A stretch of 64,000 nt of DNA from Ptychomitrium polyphyllum (taxonomy: Eukaryota). The DNA lies in the NCBI GenBank assembly GCA_973851085.1, contig OZ316775.1:1612001-1676000 (forward strand), in the 5' to 3' direction. A program made the position numbers and the translations under genes. The notes below the pieces were generated by a model. It was not told where the DNA came from. It did no database searches and saw only the letters and a list, made by a program, of their open reading frames with translations. Numbering within the stretch: the first letter of the stretch is position 1; every line of letters begins with the position of its first letter. Below are positions 52,959-64,000 of this stretch, piece by piece.

Positions 52959-53864
52959 TTAAAAATAAAAGTATAAAATCATTTAATTTTTAATACTTTA
53001 AAAACTAAAAAAAATTGATTGTTTAAATTTTTTTTGCATATTATAAAGTATAAAATTTTTATGTATTATTTTTTATGCACTTCTAATTGTTCTAAATTCT
53101 AAATTAAAAGGATGAATTTAACTTTATTTAGACAAGTCAATTCTTGTTGATACAATCTAAATAAGATCTAACTTGCAATTATAGGTAAATAAAACCAAGG
53201 TTGAAAAAATTCACAAAGCAACTAATATACATTAATATAGAAGGTATTACAAGACATGAAAAGATTCTAAGTAAGAACATATGAAGTTGTTTTTGACTTG
53301 TTTTAATAAGAGCAAAAAAATATAGAATCTAAAGAGTCCATTATCTATTCACAACAATTGTTTATATAAAAAAGTTACAAAAGTTGTTCAATAATCCATG
53401 CTAAAACATTAATTATTTACTAAAGAAAAGGTGTGTGAGTGTTGTTTTGTAATTTTTAATATATTTGCCATATGCATGCAAATAAGGACAAGCATGAATG
53501 GTGGATACATGAATACAAGACTAGTTTTATACAATACATTTACCAAAGACTTACCTTGCAATAAAATACACCAACTTCTCTTGTTAATTTATCAAAATCA
53601 GTGGATGTTTGTTGATTATATAAACTATAACTAAGACTTACGAGAGGTTTAAATAACCTCACTAAACACATGCAACATGCATGTTTGACTAAATTCTTAA
53701 TCAACTTATATTAAATCAACAAAACAAGTAATGTCATAATTGTCATGATTTCATCATGCACCTCCATTCAAACAAGCATGAACTCTTGATAATGACAAAA
53801 AAAGACAAGAGCAAATAAAAAACAAAAGAGGTCAAGCGAAAAACAAAAGAGGTCACTCTCGTCG

Positions 53865-55416
53865 TCATGGATCCTCGCTCTCTGCCTCGGGGAGGACGTA
53901 GAACTCGATGTACGAGACTCGGGCCTGGGCTTGTGAAGGGTCGTACAGGTGTTGGTGCGGAGTCGGTGCGGGTTTCACCGAGATGAGATGTTGCACTTTC
54001 AGCAGCCCGTTGGCACCGAACGACAACTTGCTGCCGCGATTATCCTTCAATATGCTACCCGGAATCTGAGCGGTCGTCGCTCTCAAGAACTTGTACTTGT
54101 ACCTGCCCCACCCACAACCGACCACACCTCAGCACTCCATACCACTGGACTGCCGTGCGACCTCCGGCGATCATCCCATCTCAAAGACTGTCACACGCGG
54201 GCGTAGGGGATCTGTGTCACCTGTGAGAGATCTCGAGGTGGCAGTTGAAAGCTATGAACAGATCTCGTTGCCTGTCGTAGGGGAACTCGATCTGCAAGTT
54301 GCCACCCGCAAGTACGGTGAGCAACGATCCAAGCCGCACAGCGCGTCCGGCACCGCCGACCCATCACGGGACTTGCCCCCACACTCCCCGGAGACGATCG
54401 TGCACCCAATTCAGGCATCGAAAAGCTACTCTCAAGGAACCGGCGACGGCTGACCCAACCCCGGACCATTTCTCACGCACGCTTCGTTATTCTGCACCTG
54501 GTCCTACCCCTGGGCCCTTCCACATCTGCAGCAACATACATCGGACTCCATACTACATACGCCTCCGGCCAACGGGGCGCAAGGGCTAGGTTGCATGTTA
54601 TCGCTCGGCAAAGTCCCCCACGTACCTGTAAATCTCCGTGACCCTCGCCCCTGAAGGTGACCGCAGGAGGTACCGGAGAGACCGTGATCTCGATACTAGA
54701 ACCCGGCCACTCCAAGTCGTCCAGAGCTTCCCTCAATGCCGCGGACTGCGAGAAACCACGCGTCGCACCCCGGAAGTTAGAGACGAACCTACAGCCGGTT
54801 CGACTGCCCACAACCTGTCACTGTGACTCGGGAAGCATGCGACGACCGACCACACGGCACGACAGCGGGAACGAACAGCAGAACAAAATGCGTCACTGTC
54901 CAGACCGGTCCCTCGCGCCGGGTCCATATCGACCTTCGCGCCGCTCGGTCGCAAGGAAAGCTCGGCACCAGCACGGCTTGCATCACGGCATACCTTCACT
55001 GCAAAGGAGGTCGGAACGCCGCCGTCGTCGTCAATGGCGTAGTCCCGAGGAATGATGTCCGGTATGCGCGTGCGAATCTCCGCACATATGCACGAGTCGT
55101 TCGCATCCACCAACCTGTCGGACCCAACCAGCCCTCTCAGTCGACAGCGTGACCCAGACCTTGCATTCCCGACGCTCCAAACAGATTCAATGGCCTCGAG
55201 GGGAAACACGGGTCGAGCGCCACGTTCAAAAGACACGGCCTCATGGAAATCGACGCCTTACTTGAGTATCATCTGCATGTCAGGGCCCGGGTAGCACAGC
55301 TCGAGGGCCGTGGTCCCAGTGGAGGAAGTGAAAGCATTCAGCGAATCGATCAGGAGGCCCAGGCTGACTCCGAACTTCGGCCTCATGGCTGCCTGGTAAA
55401 CGTACTCCCGGAACAG
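53865..55416 (-). pseudogene. RAD1: 5'-truncated RAD1 (9-1-1 checkpoint clamp, Rad1/Rec1 family) gene fragment; five intact exons, no start exon(s)
   Basis: Exons 55416-55262, 55114-54994, 54745-54626, 54291-54221 and 54102-53865 splice in frame via GT-AG. Translation: LFREYVYQAAMRPKFGVSLGLLIDSLNAF..ELCYPGPDMQMILKLVDANDSCICAEIRTRIPD..SFAVKSAALREALDDLEWPGSSIEITVSP..TFRGEGHGDLQIEFPY..RYKYKFLRATT..DNRGSKLSFGANGLLKVQHLISV..SYIEFYVLPE, the plant RAD1 middle and C-terminus. The N-terminal part was not found upstream. Confidence 0.88.
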
Positions 55417-56836
55417 CTGCCATGCACCCGCTGCAGTTAGCCAACCACGGCCACTTCCACCCGTCCCGTCGCTTACCACGAGCATCCATGCGGGCAAGAA
55501 GGCGCAAAGGCTTAATGTAGGTTAATGCATGTGCTTTGAATTTTGACAGGAGGGCATCTAACTCTTTTTGAAGAATGTTGGAGAGTATTTATCATAGTTC
55601 TTCACAATCCAGGTGTAACAACCCATGTAGTGTGAGATATAGTATTACTATTGAGTATTGAAAGTTTTTGTAATTATGTTTGATCTATATGTGATAATGT
55701 TAGAAAATCTTTATGGTCATCATAGTGGTACTTTTTAACATAAAGTGTTTTTATTCACATTTGAGTTGTAGCTTATTTTAAGCACAATATCAGTGTAGCA
55801 AATCAATTATATTAATGAAGGCAGACATGAAGTACTTATAATAACATTTATGTTTGAAACTAAGTTTAGGATTGAATTGCTTTTATTATATTGTTGACAA
55901 TTTTAATTGTTGTACTCTAGCACCTAAAAATGTATAAGATAGTGAATTGTTTTAATCTATTTAATACTATATCTTTCATTATATACATCTAATGATTATG
56001 TTAAAAACAATTGCGTTCATAATATTTTAACAAATTCAAAAGGTACTTCACAAGATAAATGAAAAGTTCATCATATGTTCTTTTTTAATGAGTGTGAAGT
56101 GTTTTAACTCTTAAAGAATGTTATGATGTTTCCAAATATTAGGAAGGAAAGTTCTCACTTTTATATTGATGAAATAATGAAGGAAAACTTTGAATTTGCA
56201 GAGATCGATATTCATCATGTTTTCAAATTTCTATTGACTCATTAAATTGTGCCATTGTGCTGCAAAGAGGAAAAGAAAATTAAACATAGAAAGCCTTTGC
56301 ACACGTCCCACAGTTGAGACACGAAATCATCATGAAGCAACCTCCGAAAGAAGGAAAAGAAGAAATTTATTTTAAGTTTAAATTTAAATTAAAGAAGAAA
56401 GAGTAAGAAAACACATACATGCAAAGAGTGAATCTCCTCATACTGGAAAAGTGAAGTATTTTTAATCACAACTTCTCAACCAGTACGTTGCCTGGAATTC
56501 ATTGCGTGGACACTGAGTTTGGTGAGCCCAATAGCCACCCATCTCATATAAATAAATATTGGATGTTCAATCCCACAGGCCAAGTTCGGCCTTTGCAGGA
56601 GTTGAGTCAGGCCTGGCTTTGAAGTGCAGGAGCGAAGCTGACGTGTCACGGTTGATGTAACTTGTCCAAACTATGAACGTCAAATCACAAATGTGATTTT
56701 GAACGTTGCATCCACAATCATGAAAGCCAGAAAGCCGAGAAACTATGCCATAATATACCAAGTGATAGGTTCCATTTGGCAGTCCAACATATCGAGAACG
56801 ATAGCCACGTGCATGAAGTCATGTAGTAAACGCATG

Positions 56837-59800
56837 TTAAGCATGGCTCGATCCGTTGGCCGCAATTTTCCTATCTTTAACATGAGCCTTGATCTCTCTG
56901 ACGCATACGTTCATGACCTCTCGAATTTCCTTTGCCATGTGGTCGTGGACGTTCTTGGTGATCTTTTTCTTAAACTCTGTGTTCTTGTGCCATGATACCC
57001 CTACGGAGGCTTTCACAAAGCTCTTCGGCGGGTTTACCGAACTTGTTTCGATGTCTCGCCTCACTTGAACCTGGGTTGCATATGAAGCCAAATTGTTAGT
57101 TTAGATGTTGTTGCGTAGGTGTGTGTAGATTTGGAATTTTTAGTCTCAACCTCAGAGGGTGTTATGATGCTTTGCACGAGTGATGTAAATGATCGATATG
57201 GCTTGTTGCTTCACCACTCATGAACAAGTGCATAAACGAATGAAATTGAGGTGTGTGTTGAGACTAAAAATTCCAAATCTACACAACGCACAACTCAAAA
57301 CTTACAAAAAAAAGAGTGAAACCAACTACCTGAAAGTGATCACCGAAAGGAACATCGTGAAGCGTGAGAACTTCGTCGACTACGCAAGACTTCATGTTGT
57401 CTGAGCTTGTTTTTTGCTGAATGCAAGAAACTTTACTTCCGAACTGACTTATTTGTCTATTCAGAGAGTAACTATATTGTCTGCGTAACACGTTGTTCTG
57501 AGTACCGTGCTGACTGTCTAACCGCTCCCAAGGTGTGCTTACATAATTCACGTAGCCCATCTTCTCTGCGACGACTTCTTCTAATCCTCCTTTTTCAAAC
57601 AGTTTCATCACACAGTCCGTCTGCAAGAAGTGAAAAGAACTGCACGTAAGATGCAAGCTGGATTTAATGAGCGCAGTTGATCTGAAATCAATTAAAGAAT
57701 TTGGAAATAGCAATGAACTCACCGTTAGGGGGATGTCGAAGGAACAAACATGAGACATTTTAGCATCCTCCATCCCCGTGAACGAGCCTGTACAATCATC
57801 TACCGTCCTCTGAGTCTCGGAGTCTCTGCTATCTTCAACGTTGGCAGCAATTTCCAGTTGCTGCTCTGGGCTCAGCTTTCTGTTCTTCCATAAAGCAGTG
57901 ACTGTTCTGGTGAAGCCAACACTCGTGGTTTCAGAAACTCGCAGCAAAGAAAACAATTGAACTCGTAATCGTCCAAACGCCAATAACATCCGGCTGTGAC
58001 AATACTGGAAACCTACAAAAGTGCTCTGCGGAGAGACTTTTAATTATACTTACTCAGGCGTCTTGACGATCACAGAAACATCTTACCATCGAAAGCTTTG
58101 GGAGCACAATGATAGAAATGTCATATACATGTGTAGCCTCTGCACTCGTTACAGAGACATTGTGACCACCATCGCAATCACATAACTGAGGTTAACTAGC
58201 AGCAAAGATTTCTACCTGAACGCTGTAACAGGTTTGACAAATGAACAAAAGTAGAACTTCATACGACCATGCGCATCAATGCCTCTCATTCCATTTCGGG
58301 CATCAAGACCTCGACCCTTCCGCAAAAATATAACAATACAAGGGTTGATGGCTACAGGTGTCTCCACGATGTCGTCAATATCTTCCCATATGAACTGGAA
58401 TTTAGTTTTTATTCCAAAGAGATTTGAGTAAAAGCCCAACATCCTAGGTGACAGAAACAGACGCCCCTGCAGCAATGTAACAACAAATATACAGTAAAAA
58501 TGAGGTGGCCCGGTCAAAGATCTCTAATCAGTTGAGCATAAATCAAATGATGTGGAGTGTTTAGATCAGGTCACAAAAAAATCTTCAAACCAGTAAGAAA
58601 AGAAGTAACCAAGCTGCTTTATGGGCAGTCACAGGTCATTGTAAAGCTCAACGTTATTTCATCAATTGTTGGTTCTTAATAAAAATGAATCCAAAAAGGC
58701 TAGAGTGACAGACCTGAATAAGAATTTTTTTCTTAATAGCACATGCAAAGTCATTGATGAGGAACTCTTCAGCTGGAAGAGCAAACAGTTTCTGAAAAGA
58801 TCCATTTTTTTGGGCAGAACGCTTCACAACCTGTACAAAGATATCTGACTTAATTTGGAACCCCTGCTAGCTGGGACAGAATTGTGGTTCAAAACAGATG
58901 ATATAAATTCTCGATCAGACAACTACACAGGTAATTTCAAACACTTTGTAACAAGCAATGACATCTTGCAACTGATAAACACAAAGCAAATTACCTTAGT
59001 TCCCACTTCCTTCTGGACCTGCTCTAGGTATTTAGGTAAAGCATCAGTCTGTTTTGTATTTGTCAAGAATACTCGAAGATGCAACCTTGACCCATGTGTT
59101 CGAGCACTTTTGCCAGATAAAGGGACCCAAACATCGGCCAGATCGTTAGGACTCTGCTTCAAGAAATTGATCTCCGCATGACCAAGTGATTCAGCATCAG
59201 AAAATGGACCGTCGTAGTCAAATACTTCAACATCCATGGTTGACGGAGGATCCTCTGTTGCATCGAATTCGAAAATTTCTGAAATTGTAACAAACGACAT
59301 GTTTAGTCCTAAATTTCTCCGTCAGTACAGTATTAACAGAAAACGCCAGTTGTGCAGGCAGGAAGTGTGAAGAAATGTTTCAGACGTAACTAAATAAACA
59401 AGGAATTGTTCTCTTACCACGCCAACGTGGATTAAGAGTTCTTAACTTCACGGAACTTGTACGTCTCTTGCCACTGCAAGTAAAGACAACGTACGGATTG
59501 GCAAAACTAGACTCTTCCGTAGGGCTCAGATTCTCTCCTTCAATCAATGTCACAGTCATAAGCCAACCATCACCTTGAGCCTTCACACCATGATCTCCAG
59601 CTGCACATTAAAACATTGAACAACCGAACAAGTTGAGCGAAAATTGAGAGAACAAAACAACATTTTCCAACGCTTACTGCAATAAATATTCTTAGTTGTC
59701 TCCACTTCTGTGAAGATTATGCCTAAGCTCTACCATGAGACACGCAAGAAGAACTGAATACAATCTTGGAAAGTGCCTTTGTCATCGCAGAAATTGTTTT

Positions 59801-62756
59801 CATCGACCCTATCATTTACACTAAAAAGGGACGCGTCAGAGCAGCCGTAAACTTACATTGCCAATATCTTGCTTGAAGAAACTGTTGCACCATTTTAACA
59901 ACCCTCTCCACTTGTAAAACCACAATGGCTGAAAAAAGCAGCTCAGATATCGTATCGGGAAGATCAAAACCCCAATGTATAAGAGTAGCTCTTAACTTAG
60001 GGGGCGCAAAGCATATGTGCAAAAGCACAACGGTCAACGACAAGAAAGCCAGCAGCACATGTAACTTTCCAAAGTAACCTCTTACTAACTCCCAATCACT
60101 TAGAGGAGTTTCATCCTCCTTAGCTGCAGGCACCAAAGCTTCTCCATGGGGATCCTCAGAAACAGGTCTGGCATGGTTTGCTAAGATCTGCCAGCAAGCC
60201 AAAAAATGCTTAGGAGTTTCTAAATTTTCAGTTCTAGCAAAAGATGAAAGTACATGAGCATCAAAGTAGCTAAACAACTAAAACAAGTAAACATGTGAAA
60301 TGGCAACAGAAACATGCACTAACCTCTTTATACACTTCGTAGGTTTCCTTAATACCAGCGCGAGCACCGCTTTCAATCAATCCCTTCATCAGTGTAGAAT
60401 GTAGAAAATTGAGTCTCCATGATACTTGTAATCTACAAGTTTTCTCTTTTGAGGGTAAATCTTGTCCCGCCAATATGCAAAACTGGAAGTGTCAAGAGCA
60501 CTGTCATTCTCTGATGCTGGTAAACACAACACTCACTTTCACACAAAACCAAAACACATCTGCAACTTTGTTACGCAATGAACCAGCACCTCTCAACATC
60601 GTTGAATGAACGAACCTGAAGTTCCACCAAAAAACTGCCACCATACGGTACATCTGGAGTAGAACAGGACACATTAAAAACAAAACCTTTGTCATCTATT
60701 CTCCTGCATGTTTGTGTTTCAGTAGCTTTCACGGCTTTTATCATTTTGGTAGCAGCTTTCATATAAATAACACCTCGTTCAATGATCCCATTTTTGCCAC
60801 TTCTCCAAGGTTCCTCGACGTACTCGGTTGTCTTCTGTAGAGCCAACAATTCTTGTATAAACGGCGAACTAGCCTTCAGAATCAATGCACTCATAGATTT
60901 AGCACTAACAGCATATCTTTCATCTAATACCAATCCACCAGTCAAAGGTGCAGGAAAATCGCCGACAGATGCCTCTGTACTCTTGCCGTCGTCGTCAAAG
61001 TACGAAGTAATGAATGTGTCAGTCTCATCATCACTATATTCTTCAGCACCTTCTGGAAATCTATCCGCGTTATCTACAACAGCACTGCAAAATTTACAAG
61101 TACCAAACCACCACTACTTCAGTCCAAAATTGTGAAACAGAACACAATCGTTGTAAAAAACACACAAGCCCGAACAAGAACACAATCCGGTCTTCGGACC
61201 CTGAAACATTCCTTCCAAAAATGGGATCAGAGAAACTTCTTGAACTTCATCACAAGATTATTTTATCAGTCTCAAAGATATCAGTAGGATAATAGAATTG
61301 ACAGGCTTCAAGACTAATTAATGCTTTCATGTTGCGTTGACAACCAGAATTCCTAGATTGCACGTATATTCCAACTTCCCAAATAAAAGCCCTTGACACC
61401 TGGTCAAAATCTAATGATGATGCAAATGCCAAGATACTCCTTCCTCAATTTACAACCAATCAAGTGTAGGAAGTTGTGGGACCAACTTGTCACTGCATTT
61501 TGGAGTCGACGTAGACGATCCTTCCCCACCATGTTTGGAAGCCCCGTCCATCCCTGCTTTTCCTTTTTTGTTGAAAACAGCAGTGAACCTGTCTGCTAAA
61601 GTCTTATGAGCCCTATTCTGTTCTTTAGCAAAGTCTTCGTCATGAGTCGAGTAGTTACTACCAGGCCAAGATCCCTGTGTTGATTCACATTGTTAGTCCT
61701 CGCGAAGCACCTAAAGGATAAATATATTACTAGGTATTGCAAGCCTTACCTTAAATGCAAATCCAACGAGATGTAACCCTTCTTAGACAAACCTGAAACG
61801 ACTAGTCATTACATCATACTGAATTTCCTAGACCCCGGCTACAGAGAAGAACCAGCCCACTCGAGATAAATAGAAGGCAGACATACCCTTACGCTTGGTG
61901 AACCAGGGACATCCACAAGGCTGGATATGTCCGTCGAGCAGTCACTCATATCCATAGAACTTGTGGGTGAAATCATGGATACGGCATCGTCGGCTATGGA
62001 CGAGAGATACACTGACGGTCTCTCGTCTTGAATCCATCGTTGAAGTCTTGGGCCAGTCGACACATCCTTCCCGAATAAGGAAAGACTGAGTAATATCTCC
62101 CCTGTTTTGCAAAGGAAATATTGTCAATAAATCACTACAGCTACATTCAAACCCCTGCGTACGGAAAGGCACTTAAACTTCAACATGACAATTGAGCATC
62201 CCATAGGGAATTCAATTACATGACTAGGTCTTAACAAGGAAATGCCTTGGTTTAGCAAGAACTCTATTCCTTCCACTATATCAACATATTCCAATGCAAT
62301 GCAAGGTTGTAAATCTTTAAATGTTCTGCAAAAACTGAGTCTCAAATGATCATCCACGAGGTAGGTTAAGTGATATATTCTGCAACACTATAAAACTCAT
62401 ATGTACTCGCCTGTGATTGGAAATTTGGATCGTTCACTACGCTTTTGAAGAGGATACCATTGTCTGGTGATGATCTTCTTCTCGGCAGTCAAAATCACGT
62501 TGATGGGAATTTTCACCTGACCTAAGAAGTCATGGGAAAACCGATCTTCGTCCCAAACTATTACTAGCAGCTCCTCGTCAGACCCTACTACATTGAAAAA
62601 GAACTCTTCATGCCAAGCAGGATTTAAGTTCCTCGGAACTACAGCCGATTTAGTCTTTGTGTTGCCTAGTTGCAAGCGCACAAAAGGATCACTCAGGCCA
62701 TTCTGGTCTCGAGCTGCAAGATCCCGAGCCTCCAACACGTGCACATGCAGCTTCAT
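56837..62756 (-). CDS. C2 and GRAM domain-containing protein (C2-VASt-TM-C2-GRAM-VASt; At1g03370/At5g50170-like)
   Basis: N-terminal C2 MKLHVHVLEARDLAARDQNGLSDPFVRLQLG. First VASt (..PDVPYGGSFLVELQ..RLQVSWRLNFLHSTLMKGLIESGAR), then a TM segment (GFDLPDTISELLFSAIVVLQ). Second C2 KAQGDGWLMTVTLIEG, GRAM QGRLFLSPRMLGFYSNLFG, and second VASt VLTLHDVPFGDHFQVQVR. Multi-exon. Confidence 0.93.
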
Positions 62757-64000
62757 TCTGACAGATTCTAAATATCACCAAAGTGCGATAACTCGAGGTC
62801 AGAATTCGCAAGGTCTTGCCTCATGAAATATTCAGATCTGTCGGTCTGTCACCTCAATGTGCCCGAAAATCTAGTGATACATTGGAATCCAGGTTCTGCT
62901 CTCGTCACCTTATTGTTCGGCAGTGCTACTGGCATTGAAATCCACTGCGTCAAAAAATGTAGAGAATCATAACTAGATTATCAAGATTATCCGTTACTAC
63001 AGTGTTCCTTCGCCAAAAGACTATAAAAAGCTGCGGAGAAGCTGAGTATTAAAAAACAGAGCACCAGGATAAAGGAATCAGCTGGAGGGGGAGCTAATCG
63101 TCACTTTAATCCTCCGTCCATGCGAACCTTCGAAGTTCGTACATCTTCAGCATTGATCCTTCTCTGCCTCCATGGTCATGACCCATTAGTAATTGATCTT
63201 CAGGACTTCGGCGCGAAGGGGGTAAAGCTTGTGCCATAAAACGCCTTCAAAAAGGTGTAGTCAGTTTTTTCCCTCTCAGACAACACCTTCCCCTGTTATA
63301 CCTTTCAAACAACATACCCCAGCTCCTGTCTCCATTCCCTCACCCGCTCAAGAGGTTCATTGACTCAACCTTCCCTTTTGCTTAAATCATTTCAAACAAC
63401 CTAACACCGACTCCATAATCCAGTAAGTCAGAACTTGTGATTCCATAAGTTACGGCACCAAAAATCTTCAAGCTCTCAGTAAGCATTTGACATCTGAACC
63501 TGCAGAGGCAGTTCCAAGAGGTTTCAATGTTGGGCTGCACATGTCCTCACTTAAAACGATCGTTGTCGAATATCGAGCTAACACTCTCACCGAAAATGCT
63601 ATAAAAAGTTACACCAAACATACAAAACAGAGGATAGAAAAAGAGGGACAAATCAGAAACTGTTCTGAGGAGACCCGCAAACTTCAAGATTCGAGCTACA
63701 CACATTCTCAGTGCCCCAGTAGTACTCAGTCATCTTATCTTGAATGAAACCTACTACACAACTTCCAGAATCAGAGAAAATTGTAATCTGAAGATTATGC
63801 AGACATAGAAGCCCAGAGATGAAAAAAATTCCCACCTTCTGGAAACTCCTGTCAAAAATTTCGACTCTTTCTTCTAGGTTTAGCGCGCACCTCCCTCTCA
63901 ACACTCTTTCCAGGCCGAGAAGTGCAACAACTCCTTCACATTCACTTCCAAAATTGGCAGATCCCTAGGAAATGTACAGCGCTGAACTAAACCCAATTCG

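Larger units (their letters stand above)
52530..56300. mobile_element. AT-rich, CpG-depleted decayed element region interrupted by the GC-rich RAD1 fragment
   Basis: AT-rich arms at about 52530-53835 and 55510-56300 contain stop-interrupted protein-like frames, e.g. minus strand near 55500-55620 LHLDCEEL**ILSNILQKELDALLSKFKAHALTYIK. No termini were identified. Confidence 0.4.

Noticed and set aside
53949..55440. Many overlapping ORFs on both strands in the GC-rich block
   Set aside because: Explained by high GC content and the spliced RAD1 fragment; none resembles a protein on its own.

Overview
Gene-dense, intron-rich land-plant nuclear DNA. The gene set, intron style and AT-rich, CpG-poor intergenic blocks suggest a moss or other bryophyte (inference). 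Spliced protein-coding genes recognised: the 3' part of a receptor-like kinase whose catalytic HRD motif reads HKN, plastid pyruvate kinase alpha, a VIPP1/PspA-family protein, a conserved uncharacterised membrane protein (AT3G28720-like), Mediator subunit 17, ADP-glucose pyrophosphorylase large subunit, an intronless mitochondrial-type NFU, a SpoU/TrmH RNA methyltransferase, a divergent PIN/XPG-Asteroid-like protein, an unknown plastid-targeted membrane protein and a C2-GRAM-VASt protein. The most anomalous element is a ~1.65 kb GC- and CpG-rich block (about 53850-55510). It carries the last five exons of RAD1 (9-1-1 checkpoint clamp) in frame, lacks the N-terminal exon(s), and sits inside AT-rich decayed DNA, as expected for a recent capture or horizontal insertion. 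Other oddities are a 345-codon Arg/Glu-rich ORF inside a decayed AT-rich element and an 11-bp-periodic GTATCA motif at two loci 31 kb apart. No tRNA, rRNA or CRISPR features were seen. Exon boundaries were read by eye and may be off by a few bases.
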